Translations under genes and position numbers: made by a program
In this document: piece by piece, positions 24,574 to 38,446 of the stretch
How the letters are laid out: every line of letters starts with the position of its first letter
Position numbering within the stretch: the first letter of the stretch is position 1
Notes under the pieces: generated by a model
Database searches by the model: none
What the model saw: only the letters and a program-made list of their open reading frames with translations
What the model was told of the DNA's origin: nothing
Assembly (NCBI GenBank): GCA_040954595.2
Contig: CM082589.2
Location: 10,552,894-10,616,893, forward strand
Length of the DNA stretch: 64,000 nucleotides
Source of the DNA: Balanoglossus misakiensis
Lineage: Eukaryota > Animalia > Hemichordata
Direction: 5' to 3'

Positions 24574-25319
24574 TGTTTTTTTTAGTGCTGCTTGTAAGAT
24601 TGCAGTGACACATAACACTTGATTGAGCATGGTGAATTTTTTTATGTTTCCATAGTATTTGAATATTTTTGCCATATATGCTTGCCAATGTCGCCCGCGA
24701 TTTAATTCTGGTGAATACCTAAAATCTGTGTAATCCCCAAATGGCACAACAGTTTCCTATACGCTATGTTTTAAGAAGTTAATTATACATAGACATAGTG
24801 ACCTCTGGCTTACCATTTCTAGCCATCCACAACAGATACAGAGTTTGCTTTCTGTTGGAACCATGCTAACTGCTTTGGCCCCTGTAATGTTGCATGTTCC
24901 TTTAATTGTCTTCTTCATGTTGGCCATATTGGATTTTCTGATAACCTCTTAAAGTTGACATTTTTTCAAAACTACATGGCCAATCAAGTTCTAATTTACT
25001 GTCCCTTCCAATTTTTTTCAATAATATTGTTAGTGGTCATGCGACTTTGGATTCATTATGGATTGTTGAAAAATCTCATTTAACATTTCCAAAATCTTTT
25101 TCTAATCAAGTTTTCAAGTGTATTGTGATTAGTTAAACCTTATTGGAGCCAAATTGGACTTTCTGAACTCTAATTAAAGACAAAGATTTCCTATTTCTAG
25201 CCTACTCATTTAAAGCACACATTCATTTTATTGATACGAGTCACCATATGTATAGAATACGTTACATTTTTTGGCAAATTTCACATGTCCTTTGATTCAG
25301 ATTTGTTAGAACTGAATTG

Positions 25320-26365
25320 TACTTGGATATGTCTCTTGTTAAAAAGCACAACAGTCATGATTGTGTTCACATGAGTTTTATTGCTGCCAGGACATAACCC
25401 AAATATTTTGATAATTTTGGCAATGACCCTTGTTCTACTTGGATATGTCTCTAGTCTTGTTAAAAAGCACAACAGTCATAATTGTGTTCACATGAGTTTT
25501 ATTGCTGCCAGGACATAACCCAAATATTTTGATAATTTTGGCGATGACCCTTGATCTACTTGGATATGTCTCTTGTTAAAAAGCACAACAGTCATGATTT
25601 TGTTCACATGAGTTTTATTGCTGCCAGGACATAACCAAAATATTTTGATAATTTTGGCAATGACCCTTGATCTACTTGGATATGTCTCTTGTTAAAAAAC
25701 ACAACAGTCATAATTGTGTTCACATGAGTTTTATTGCTGCCTGGACATAACCTACATATTTTGATAATGTTGGCAATGATCCTTGATCTACTTGGATATG
25801 CCTCTTGTTAAAAAGCACAACAGTCATGATTGTGTTCACATGAGTTTTATTGCTGCCAGGACATAACCCAAATATTTTGATAATTTTGGCAATGACCCTT
25901 GATCTACTTGGATATGTCTCTTGTTAAAAAGCACAACAGTCATGATTGTGTTCACACGAGTTTTATTGCTGCCAGGACATAACCCAAATATTTTGATAAT
26001 TTTGGCAATGACCCTTGATCTACTTGGATATGTCTCTTGTTAAAAAGCACAACAGTCATTATTGTGTTCATATGAGTTTTATTGCTGCCAGGACATAACC
26101 AAAATATTTTGATAATTTTGGCAATGACCCTTGATCTACTTGGATAGGTCTCTTGTTAAAAAGCACAACAGTCATGATTTTGTTCACATGAGTTATATTG
26201 CTGCCAGGACATAACCCAAATATTTTGATAATTTTGGCCATGACCCTTGATCTACTTGGATATGTCTCTTGTTAAAAAGCACAACAGTCATGATATTGTA
26301 CACATGAGTACTATTGCTGCCTGGACATAACCCAAATATTTTGATAATTTTGGCCATGATCTACT
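25320..26365. repeat. 116-bp tandem array (~9 copies)
   Basis: tggatatg anchors at 25561, 25677, 25793... Confidence 0.95.
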
Positions 26366-28045
26366 TTCCCATAACTTGCCATGCACAGCAGATACGGCTT
26401 TCAAATTTAGAGGACTGGAACACCTAATGAAGTATTAATCTTTAACACAATCGTTATGTACTTATCCTATTTAAAGTTAACCAATTGAGCTTAGAAGTTT
26501 GGTTCTTGTTGGACACTTATCAGTTTGATGTCAAAATTTGTTGGCACAAATTTGCGTGACCTCTGGCTTACTTACCATTTCTCAGCATCCATAACAGATA
26601 CAACCTTTGCTTTCTGTTGGAACCATGCTAACCACTTTGGTCACTCCAATGCTGCTTATAGTTGGGTCTTCTTCATGGCGGCCATATTGGATTTTCTGAT
26701 AATCTCTAAAAGTGTACATTTTTTTCTAAACTGCAGGGCCAATCAAGTTCTAATTTACTGGCCGTTCCAATTTTTTTTCAATTATATTAATAGTGGTCAT
26801 GTGAATTTGGATTTATTATGGATTTTTTCAAAAACTCATGAAGATTTCCAAAATCTTTTTTAATCAAGCTTTCAAGTGAATTGTGATTGGTTAAACCTTA
26901 TTGAAGCCAAATTGGATTGTCTGAACTCCGATTAAAAACTAAAATTTCCTATTTCAAGGCTACTGAATGATAGCACACCAATCCTTTTTATGGATACGAG
27001 TCACCATAAGACCAGAATATGTTAAACAATTTTTATCAACTTTCACATGTCCTTTCATCCATTTTTTCAACACTTAATTATACAATTTTTTTGCAACTGT
27101 CATTCGTCTTTTGATCCAGATCTTTCAGAACTTAATTCTACGTTGATATGCCTCTTGTTAAAAAGCACAAGAGTCGTGATTTTGTTCACATGAGTACTAC
27201 TGCTGCCCGGACATAACCCAAATATTTTGATAATTTTGGCAGTAACTTTTGATCTACATTCCCATAACTTGGCATGCACAGCAGATACAGCTTTTAAATT
27301 TAGAGGACTGGAACACCTAATAAAGTACATGTATTAACTTTAACACAATAATTATGTATATAAGCTATTTAAAGTTAACCAATAAAGCGTAGAAGTCTGC
27401 TTTTTGTTGGACACTGATCAGTTTGGTATCAAATTTTGTTGGCACATTTTGCATCACCTCTGGCATACTTTACCATTTCTAGGCATCCACAACAGATGCA
27501 GCATTTGCTTTCTGTTGGAACCATGCTAACCGCTTTGGCCACTCCAATGCTGCTTGTAGCTCTAATTGTCTTCTTCATGGTGGCCATATTGGAATTTCTA
27601 ATAACCTTTAAAAGTTGACATTTTCATAAACTACAGGGCCAATCAAATTCTAGTTTACTGTAGGGTTGAAAGTTTGACAAAAATATCATTAGTGGTCAAG
27701 TGACTTTGGGTGCCTAATTGGATTGTTTAAAAATCTCATTAAAAAATTACAGAACATCTTTTTCTAATCAAGTTTTCAAGTGAATTGTGATTGGTGTCAC
27801 CTTATTGGAGCCAAATTGGATTTTTCTAAACACTGATTAAAAACTAAGATTTTCTATTTCTAGCCTACTCATTGAAAGCACACAAATTAATTTTATGGAT
27901 ACGAGTCGCCATATGACTAGAATACGTTACATTTTTTGGCAACTTTCACATGTCCTTTGATCCAGTTTTTTCAAAACTTGATTAAACAATTTGTTGGCAA
28001 CTCTCGCATGTCCTTTGACCCAGTAATTCCATAACTAAATTTTAT

Positions 28046-28615
28046 GTGGATATGGCTCTTGATAAAAAGCTAAACAGTCATGATTTTGTTCAAAGAGTAC
28101 TACTGCTGCCAGGACATAACCCAAATATTTTGATAATTTTGGCAATGACCCTTGATCTACTTGGATATGTCTCTTGTTAAAAAGCACAACAGTCATGATT
28201 TTGTTCACATGAGTTTTATTGCTGCCAGGACATAACCCAAATATTTTGATAATTTTGGCAATGACCCTTGATCTACTTGGATATGTCTCTTGTTAAAAAG
28301 CACAACAGTCATGATTTTGTTCACATGAGTTTTATTGCTGCCAGGACATAACCCAAATATTTTGATAATTTTGGCCATGACCCTTGATCTACTTGGATAT
28401 GTCTCTTGTTAAAAAGCACAACAGTCATGATTTTGTTCACATGAGTTTTATTGCTGCCAGGACATAACCCAAATATTTTGATAATTTTGGCCATGACCCT
28501 TGATCTACTTGCATATGTCTCTTGTTAAAAAGCACAACAGTCATGATTTTGTACACATGAGTACTATTGCTGCCTGGACATAACCCAAATATTTTGATAA
28601 TTTTGGCCATGATCT
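28046..28615. repeat. 116-bp tandem array (~5 copies)
   Basis: Same unit as 25320-26365. Confidence 0.9.
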
Positions 28616-29545
28616 ACTTTCCCATAATTTGACATGCACAGCAGATATGGCTTTCAAATATAGAGGACTGGAACACCTAATGAAGTATTAATCTTTAACA
28701 CAATCATTATGTACTTATCCTATTTAAAGTTAACCAATTGAGCTTAGAAGTTTGGTTCTTGTTGGACACTTATCAGTTTGATATCAAAATTTGTTGGCAC
28801 AAATTTGCGTGACCTCTGGCTTACCTACCATTCTATGAATCCACAACAGATACAGAGTTTGCTTTCTGTTGGAACCATGCTAACTGCTTTGGCCCCTGTG
28901 ATGCTGCATGTTCTTTTGATTGTCTTCTTCATGGTGGCCATATTGGATTTTCTGATAACCTTTAAAAGTTGACATTTTTTTTCAAAAATTACAAGGCCAA
29001 TCAAGTTCTAATTTACTGTACGTTCCAATTTTTTAAAATAATATTGTTAGTGTTCATGTGAATTTGGATTTATTATGGATTTTTGAAAAATACCATGAAA
29101 AATTTCCAAAATCTTTTTTTAATCAAGCTTTCGCGTAAATTGTGATTGGTTAAACCTTATTGAAGCCTAATTGGATTTTCTGAACTCCGATTAAAAACTA
29201 AAATTTCCTATTTGTAGGCTACTGAATGATAGCACACCAAGCCTTTTTATGGATAGAGTCAACATAAGACAAGAATGTTAAAAAAAATTGTCAACTTTCA
29301 CATGTCCATTGATCCTTTTTTTAACACTTAATTATACAATTTTTTGCAACTTTCATTTTCCCTTTGATCAAGATCTTTCAGAACTTAATTGTACATTGAT
29401 ATGTCTCTTGTTAAAAAGCACAACAGTCATGATTTTGTTCACATGAGTACTACTCTGGCAGGACATAACCCAAATATTTTGATAATTTTGGCAATGACCC
29501 TTGATCTACATTTCCAAAACTTGGCATGCACAGCAGATACAGCTT

Positions 29546-29905
29546 TTATTAGCTCTGCTGTCACTTGTGTCAGCCGAGCTGTAGCAGTAGGTTGATAAAT
29601 GTCTGTCCGTCGTCTGTCGTCCGTCATCCGTCGTCCGTCAACTTTTGGTATTTCAATCTTCTTCTATAAAACTACTTGGCATATTTAGCTGAAATTTGGT
29701 TGGAATGTGTGTTATGGTGCCCTTACCTGATTTTGTTAATTTGGATTTGATCGGGTCATGAATATGCAAATTAGATCTAAAAATAAAATTTTTGGTAAAA
29801 AAATCTTCTTCTCCCTAACTACATGTACGATGGAGCTGAAAATTGGTAGGAATGTGTGGTATGGTGCCCCTACCTGATTTTGTTAATTGGAATTTTGATG
29901 GGGTC
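29546..29905 (+). mobile_element. Truncated DINE-1/HINE-like element (5' part)
   Basis: Same head and insertion site as 36641; deleted into the following monomer at ~29905. Confidence 0.8.
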
Positions 29906-30432
29906 TGCTTTCTGTTGGAACCTTGGTCCCTCCAATGCTACTTTTAGTTGTAATTGTCTTCTTCATGGCGGCCATATTGGATTTTCTAATAAGCTTTAAA
30001 GGTTGACATTTTCATAAACTACAGGGCCAATCAAGTTCTAATTTACTGTGCGGTTGAAAGTTTGATAAAATATCATTAGTGGTCATGTGACTTTTGGTGC
30101 CTTATTGGATTTTTTAAAAATCTCATTCAAAAATTACGAAAATCTTTTTCTAATCAAGTTTTCAAGTGAATTGTGATTGGTTTAACCTTATCAGAGCCAA
30201 ATTGGATTTTCTGAACTCCGATTAAAAGCTAAAATTCCTTTTTTTTATCCTACTCATTGAAAGCACACAAATTCTTTCTGTGGATACGAGTCACCATATG
30301 ACTAGAATATGTTACATTTTTTGACAACTTTCATATGTTCTTTGATCCAGTTTTTTTTCAGTATTTGATTAAACAATTTGTTGGCGACTCTCGCATGTCC
30401 TTTGATCCAGTAATTCCATAACTTAATTTTAT

Positions 30433-33400
30433 GTGGATATGGCTCTTGATAAAAAGCTCAACAGTCATGATTTTGTTCAAAGAGTACTACTGCTGCCAGG
30501 ACATAACCCAAATATTTTGATAATTTTGGCAATGACCCTTGATCTACTTGGATATGTCTCTTGTTAAAAAGCACAACAGTCATGATTTTGTTCACATGAG
30601 TTTTATTGCTGCCAGGACATAACCCAAATATTTTGATAATCTTGGTAATGACCCTTGATCCCTTGGATATGTCTCTTGTTAAAAAGCACAACAGTCATGA
30701 TTTTGTTCACATGAGTTTTATTGTTGCCAGGACATAACCCAAATATTTTGATAATTTTGGCCATGACCCTTGATCTACTTGGATATGTCTCTTGTTAAAA
30801 AGCACAACAGTCATGATTTTGTTCACATGAGTTTTGTCGCTGCCAGGACATAACCCAAATATTTTGATAACTTTGGCAATGACCCTTGATCTACTTGGAT
30901 ATGTCTCTTGTTAAAAAGCACAACAGTCATGATTTTGTTCACATGAGTTTTATTGCTGCCAGGACATAACCCAAATATTTTGATAATCTTGGCAATAACC
31001 CTTGATCTACTTGGATATGTCTCTTGTTAAAAAGCACAACAGTCATGATTTTGTTCACATGAGTTTTATTGCTGCCAGGACATTACCCAAATATTTTGAT
31101 AATTTTGGCAATGACCCTTGATCTACTTGGATATGTCTCTTGTTAAAAGGCACAACAGTCATGATTTTGTTCACATGAGTTTTATTGCTGCCAGGACATA
31201 ATCCAAATATTTTGATAATCTTGGTAATGACCCTTGATCTACTTGGATATGTCTCTTGTTAAAAAGCACAACAGTCATGATTTTGTTCACATGAGTACTA
31301 TTGCTGCCTGGACATAACCCAAATATTTTGATAATTTTGGCAATGACCCTTGATCTACTTGGATATGTCTCTTGTTAAAAGCACAACAGTCATGATTTTG
31401 TTCACATGAGTTTTATTGCTGCCAGGACATAACCAAAATATTTTGATAATCATGGCAATGACCCTTGATCTACTTGGATATGTCTCTTGGTAAAAAGCAC
31501 AACAGTCATGATTTTGTTCACATGAGTTTTATTGCTGCCAGGACATAACCCAAATATTTTGATAATTTTGGCAATGACCCTTGATCTACTTGGATATGTC
31601 TCTTGTTAAAAGGCACAACAGTCATGATTTTGTTCACATGAGTTTTATTGCTGCCAGGACATAACCCAAATATTTTGATAATCTTGGTAATGACCCTTGA
31701 TCTACTTGGATATGTCTCTTGTTAAAAAGCACAACAGTCATGATTTTGTTCACATGAGTACTATTGCTGCCTGGACATAACCCAAATATTTTGATAATTT
31801 TGGCAATGACCCTTGATCTACTTGGATATGTCTCTTGTTAAAAAGCACACCAGTCATGATTTTGTTCACATGAGTACTATTGCTGCCTGGACATAACCCA
31901 AATATTTTGATAATTTTGGCAATGACCCTTGATCTACTTGGATATGCCTCTTGTTAAAAAGCACAACAGTCATGATTTTGTTCACATGAGTACTATTGCT
32001 GCCTGGACATAACCCAAATATTTTGATAATTTTGGCAATGACCCTTGATCTACTTGGATATGTCTCTTGTTAAAAAGCACAACAGTCATGATTTTGTTCA
32101 CATGAGTACTATTGGTGCCTGGACATAACCCAAATATTTTGATAATTTTGGCAATGACCCTTGATCTACTTGGATATGTCTCTTGTTAAAAAGCACAACA
32201 GTCATGATTTTGTTCACATGAGTTTTATTGCTGCCAGGACATAACCCAAATATTTTGATAATTTTGGCAATGACCCTTGATCTACTTGGATATGTCTCTT
32301 GTTAAAAAGCACAACAGTCATGATTTTGTTCACATGAGTTTTATTGCTGCCAGGACATAACCCATATATTTTGATCATTTTGGCAATGACCCTTGATCTA
32401 CTTGGATATGTCTCTTGTTAAAAAGCACAATAGTCATGATTTTGTTCACATGAGTTTTATTGCTGCCAGGACATAACCCAAATATTTTGATAATCTTGGT
32501 AATGACCCTTGATCCCTTGGATATGTCTCTTGTTAAAAAGCACAACAGTCATGATTTTGTTCACATGAGTTTTATTGTTGCCAGGACATAACCCAAATAT
32601 TTTGATAATTTTGGCCATGACCCTTGATCTACTTGGATATGTCTCTTGTTAAAAAGCACAACAGTCATGATTTTGTTCACATGAGTTTTGTCGCTGCCAG
32701 GACATAACCCAAATATTTTGATAACTTTGGCAATGACCCTTGATCTACTTGGATATGTCTCTTGTTAAAAAGCACAACAGTCATGATTTTGTTCACATGA
32801 GTTTTATTGCTGCCAGGACATAACCCAAATATTTTGATAATCTTGGCAATAACCCTTGATCTACTTGGATATGTCTCTTGTTAAAAAGCACAACAGTCAT
32901 GATTTTGTTCACATGAGTTTTATTGCTGCCAGGACATTACCCAAATATTTTGATAATTTTGGCAATGACCCTTGATCTACTTGGATATGTCTCTTGTTAA
33001 AAGGCACAACAGTCATGATTTTGTTCACATGAGTTTTATTGCTGCCAGGACATAATCCAAATATTTTGATAATCTTGGTAATGACCCTTGATCTACTTGG
33101 ATATGTCTCTTGTTAAAAAGCACAACAGTCATGATTTTGTTCACATGAGTACTATTGCTGCCTGGACATAACCCAAATATTTTGATAATTTTGGCAATGA
33201 CCCTTGATCTACTTGGATATGTCTCTTGTTAAAAAGCACAACAGTCATGATTTTGTTCACATGAGTTTTATTGCTGCCAGGACATAACCCAAATATTTTG
33301 ATAATTTTGGCAATGACCCTTGATCTACTTGGATATGTCTCTTGTTAAAAAGCACAACAGTCATGATTTTGTTCACATGAGTTTTATTGCTGCCAGGACA

Positions 33401-33782
33401 TAACCCATATATTTTGATCATTTTGGCAATGACCCTTGATCTACTTGGATATGTCTCTTGTTAAAAAGCACAATAGTCATGATTTTGTTCACATGAGTTT
33501 TATTGCTGCCAGGACATAACCCAAATATTTGGATAATTTTGGCAATGACCCTTGATCTACTTGGATATGTCTCTTGTTAAAAAGCACAACAGTCATGATT
33601 TTGTTCATATGAATTTTATTGCTGCCAGGACATAACCCAAATATTTTGATTATTTCGGCCATGACCCTTGATCTACTTGGATATGTCTCTTGTTAAAAAG
33701 CACAACAGTCATGATTTTGTACACATGAGTACTATTGCTGTCAGGACATAACCCAAATATTTTGATAATTTTGGCCATGATC
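30433..33782. repeat. 116-bp tandem array (~29 copies) with an internal 1854-bp (16-mer) periodicity
   Basis: Rare variants gatcccttgg (30657, 32511) and ttttgtcgc (g at 30836, 32690) recur 1854 bp apart. Confidence 0.95.
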
Positions 33783-35468
33783 TTCTTTCCCATAACTTGC
33801 CATGCACAGCAGATACGGCTTTCAAATTTAGAGGACTGGAACACCTAATGAAGTATTAATTTTTAACACAATCATTATGTACTTATCCTATTTAAAGTTA
33901 ACCAATTGAGCTTAGAAGTTTGGTTCTTGTTGGACACTTATCAGTTTGATGTCAAAATTTGTTGGCACAAATTTGCCTGACCTCTGGCTTACTTACCATT
34001 TCTCAGCATCCATAACAGATACAGCCTTTGCTTTCTGTTGGAACCATGCTAACCACTTTGGTCACTCCAATGCTGCTTATAGTTGGGTCTTCTTCATGGC
34101 GGCCATATTGGATTTTCTGATAATCTCTAAAAGTGGACATTTTTTTCTAAACTGCAGGGCCAATCAAGTTCTAATTTACTGGCCGTTCCATTTTTTTTTC
34201 AATTATATTAATAGTGGTCATGTGAATTTGGATTCATTATGGATTTTTTCAAAAACTCATGAAAAATTTCCAAAATCTTTTTTAATCAAGCTTTCAAGTG
34301 AATTGTGATTGGTTAAACCTTATTGAAGTCAAATTGGATTGTCTGAACTCCGATTAAAAACTAAAATTTCCTATTTCAAGGCTACTGAATGATAGCACAC
34401 CAATCCTTTTTATGGATACGAGTCACCATAAGTCCAGAATATGTTAAACAATTTTTATCAACTTTCACATGTCCTTTCATCCATTTTTTCAACACTTAAT
34501 TATACTATTTTTTTGCAACTTTCATTCGTCTTTTGATCCAGATCTTTCAGAACTTAATTCTACGTTGATATGCCTCTTGTTAAAAAGCACAACAGTCGTG
34601 ATTTTGTTCACATGAGTACTACTGCTGCCAGGACATAACCCAAATATTTTGATAATTTTGGCAGTAACTTTTGATCTACATTCCCATAACTTGGCATGTA
34701 CAGCAGATACAGCTTTTAAATTTAGAGGCTTGGAACACCTAATGAAGTACATGTATTAACTTTAACACAATAATTATGTATATAAGCTATTTAAAGTTAA
34801 CTAATAAAGCGTAGAAGTCTGCTTTTTGTTGGACATTGATCAGTTTGGTATCAAATTTTGTTGGCACATTTTGCATCACCTCTGGCATACTTTACCATTT
34901 CTAGGCATCCACAACAGATACAGCCTTTGCTTTCTGTTGGAACCATGCTAACCGCTTTGGCCACTCCAATGCTGCTTGTAGCTCTAATTGTCTTCTTCAT
35001 GGTGGCCATATTGGATTTTCTAATAACCTTTAAAAGTTGACATTTTCATAAACTACAGGGCAAACCAAATTCTAGTTTACTGTAGGGTTGAAAGTTTGAC
35101 AAAAATATCATTAGTGGTCATGTGACTTTGGGTGCCTAATTGGATTGTTTAAAAATCTCATTAAAAAATTACAGAACATCTTTTTCTAATCAAGTTTTCA
35201 AGTGAATTGTGATTGGTGTCACCTTATTGGAGCCAAATTGGATTTTTCTGAACACTGATTAAAAACTAAGATTTCCTATTTCTAGCCTACTCATTGAAAG
35301 CACACAAATTAATTTTATGGATACGAGTCGCCATATGACTAGAATACGTTACATTTTTTGGCAACTTTCACATGTCCTTTGATCCAGTTTTTTCAAAACT
35401 TGATTAAACAATTTGTTGGCAACTCTCGCATGTCCTTTGACCCAGTAATTCCATAACTTAATTTTATG

Positions 35469-35810
35469 TGGATATGGCTCTTGATAAAAAGCTCAACAGT
35501 CATGATTTTGTTCATAGAGTACTACTGCTGCCAGGACATAACCCAAATATTTTGATAATTTTGGCAATGACCATTGATCTACTTGGATATGTCTCTTGTT
35601 AAAAAGCACAACAGTCATGATTTTGTTCACATGAGTTTTATTGCTGCCAGGACATAACCCAAATATTTTGATAATTTTGGCCATGACCCTTGATCTACTT
35701 GGATATGTCTCTTGTTAAAAAGCACAACAGTCATGATTTTGTACACATGAGTACTATTGCTGCCTGGACATAACCCAAATATTTTGATAATTTTGGCCAT
35801 GATCTACTTA
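35469..35810. repeat. 116-bp tandem array (~3 copies)
   Basis: Same unit; paralogous to 28046-28615. Confidence 0.9.
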
Positions 35811-36640
35811 AATCCTATTTAAAGTTAACCAATTGAGCTTAGAAGTTTGGTTCTTGTTGGACACTTATCAGTTTGATATCAAAATTTGTTGGCACAAATT
35901 TCCGTGACCTCTGGCTTACCTACCATTCTAAGAATCCATAACAGATACAGAGTTTGCTTTCTGTTGGAACCATGCTAACTGCTTTGGCCCCTGTGATGCT
36001 GCATGTTCTTTTAATTGTCTTCTTCATGGTGGCCATATTGGATTTTCTGATAACCTTTAAAAGTTGACATTTTTTTTCAAAAATTACAAGGCCAATCAAG
36101 TTCTAATTTACTGTACGTTCCAATTTTTTAAAATAATATTGTTAGTGTTCATGTGAATTTGGATTTATTATGGATTTTTGAAAAATCCCATGAAAAATTT
36201 CCAAAATCTTTTTTTAATCACGCTTTCGCGTAAAATGTGATTGGTTAAACCTTATTGAAGCCTAATTGGATTTTCTGAACTCCGATTAAAAACTAAAATT
36301 TCCTATTTGTAGGCTACTGAATGATAGCACACCAAGCCTTTTTATGGATAGAGTCAACATAAGACCAGAATGTTAAAATTTTTTGTCAACTTTCACATGT
36401 CCATTGATCCTTTTTTTAACACTTAATTATACAATTTTTTGCAACTTTCATTTTCCCTTTGATCAAGATCTTTCAGAACTTAATTGTACATTGATATGTC
36501 TCTTGTTAAAAAGCACAACAGTCATGATTTTGTTCACATGAGTACTACTCTGGCAGGACATAACCCAAATATTTTGATAATTTTGGCAATGACCCTTGAT
36601 CTACATTTCCAAAACTTGGCATGCACAGCAGATACAGCTT

Positions 36641-38446
36641 TTATTAGCTCTGCTGTCACTTGTGTCAGCCGAGCTGTAGCAGTAGGTTGATAAATGTCTG
36701 TCCGTCGTCTGTCGTCCGTCATCCGTCGTCCGTCAACTTTTGGTATTTCAATCTTCTTCTATAAAACTACTTGGCATATTTAGCTGAAATTTGGTTAGAA
36801 TGTGTGTTATGGTGCCCTTACCTGATTTTGTTAATTTGGATTTGATCGGGTCATGAATATGCAAATTAGATCTAAAAATAAAATTTTTGGTAAAAAAATC
36901 TTCTTCTCCCTAACTACATGTACGATGGAGCTGAAATTTGGTAGGAATGTGTGTTATGGTGTCCCTACCTGATTTTTAGCTCTGCTGTCACTTGTGTCAG
37001 CCGAGCTGTAGCAGTAGGTTGATAAGTGTCCGTCCGTCGTCCGTCGTCTGTCGTCAGTCGTCTGTCGTCCGTCAACTTTTTGTATTTCAATCTTCTTCTT
37101 TAAAACAACTGGGCATATTTAGCTGAAATTTGGTTGGAATGTGTGTTATGGTGCCTTTAACTGATTTTGTTAATTTGGATTTGATGGGGTCATGAATATG
37201 CAAATTAGATCTAAAAATAGAACTTTTGGTAAAAATCTTCTTCTCCACAACTACATGTGCAATGGACCTGAAATTTGGCAGGAATGTGTGTTATGGTGCC
37301 CCTACCTGATTTTGTAAATTTGGATTTGATGGGGTCATAAATATGCAAATTAGATCTAAAAATAGAATTTTGGTAAAAAATCTTCTTCTCCATAACTACA
37401 TGTACAATGGAGCTGAAATTTGGTAGGAATGTGTGTTATGGTGCCCCTACCTGATTTTGTAAATTTGGATTTGATGGGGTCATAAATATGCAAATTAGAT
37501 CTAAAAATATAATTTTTGGTCAAACATTTTCTTCTCCCTAACTACATGTACGATGGAGCTGAAATATGGTAGGAATGTGTGTTATGATGCCCGTACTTGA
37601 TTTTATAAATTTGGATATGATCGGGTCATGAATATGTAAATTAGATCTAAAAATATAATTTTTGGTAAAAAATCTTCTTCTCCCTAACTATTTGTACGAT
37701 GGAGCTGAAATTTAGTAGGAATGTGTGTTATAGTGTCCCTACCTGATTTTGTTAATTTGGATTTGATTGGGTCATAAATATGCAAATTAGATCTAAAAAT
37801 AGAATTTTTGGTCAAAAATCTTCTTCTCCCTAACTACATGTACGATGGCGCTGAAATTTAGTAGGAATGTGTGTTATGGTGCCCCTACCTGATTTTGCTA
37901 ATTTGGATATGATGGGGTCATAAATATGCAAATTAGATCTAAAAATAGAATTGTTGGTCAAAAATCTTCTTCTCCCTAACTACATGTACGATGGCGCTGA
38001 AATTTAGTAGGAATGTGTGTTATGGTGCCCCTACCTGATTTTGCTAATTTGGATATGATGGGGTCATAAATATGCAAATTAGATCTAAAAATATAATTTT
38101 TGGTAAAAAAATCTTCTCCCTAAATACATGTACGATGGAGTTGAAATTTGGTAGAATGTGTGTTATGGTGCCCCTACCTGATTTTGTTTTATTGGAATTT
38201 TGATGGGGTCATGAATATGCAAATTAGAACATTGGTACTTCCTTTTGATGTTGTTCTTTAGAATTCAATTCTTTCTTTCTTTAGTGCAATGAATCAAGCT
38301 GAATTTAGATAAATACTTGTGATGTCTATGTTTGGTTTTGTTCAATAGAATACAATTGTTATGAATTAAAACCTAGGGTATTCATATCATCGCCCAGGTT
38401 ACACTGTTAAGGTCAGCAGAGCTCATTTGACCAATAGGTCACTTGT
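36641..38446 (+). mobile_element. Helentron-associated non-autonomous element (HINE/DINE-1-like) with a duplicated head and ~146-bp internal tandem repeats
   Basis: 5' subterminal IR agctctgctg / 3' cagcagagct (~38414); (GTCY/GTC)n microsatellite after the head; 145-146-bp repeats (anchors 37341, 37486, 37632, 37778); 3' hairpin tgaccaataggtca; inserted in a T run of cagcttttaaatttagagg (empty site at ~27288) without a TSD; second head at ~36975. Confidence 0.85.

Noticed and set aside
30433-33782. CRISPR-like regular array
   Set aside because: Whole 116-bp units are repeated, with no unique spacers and no cas genes; the context is eukaryotic.
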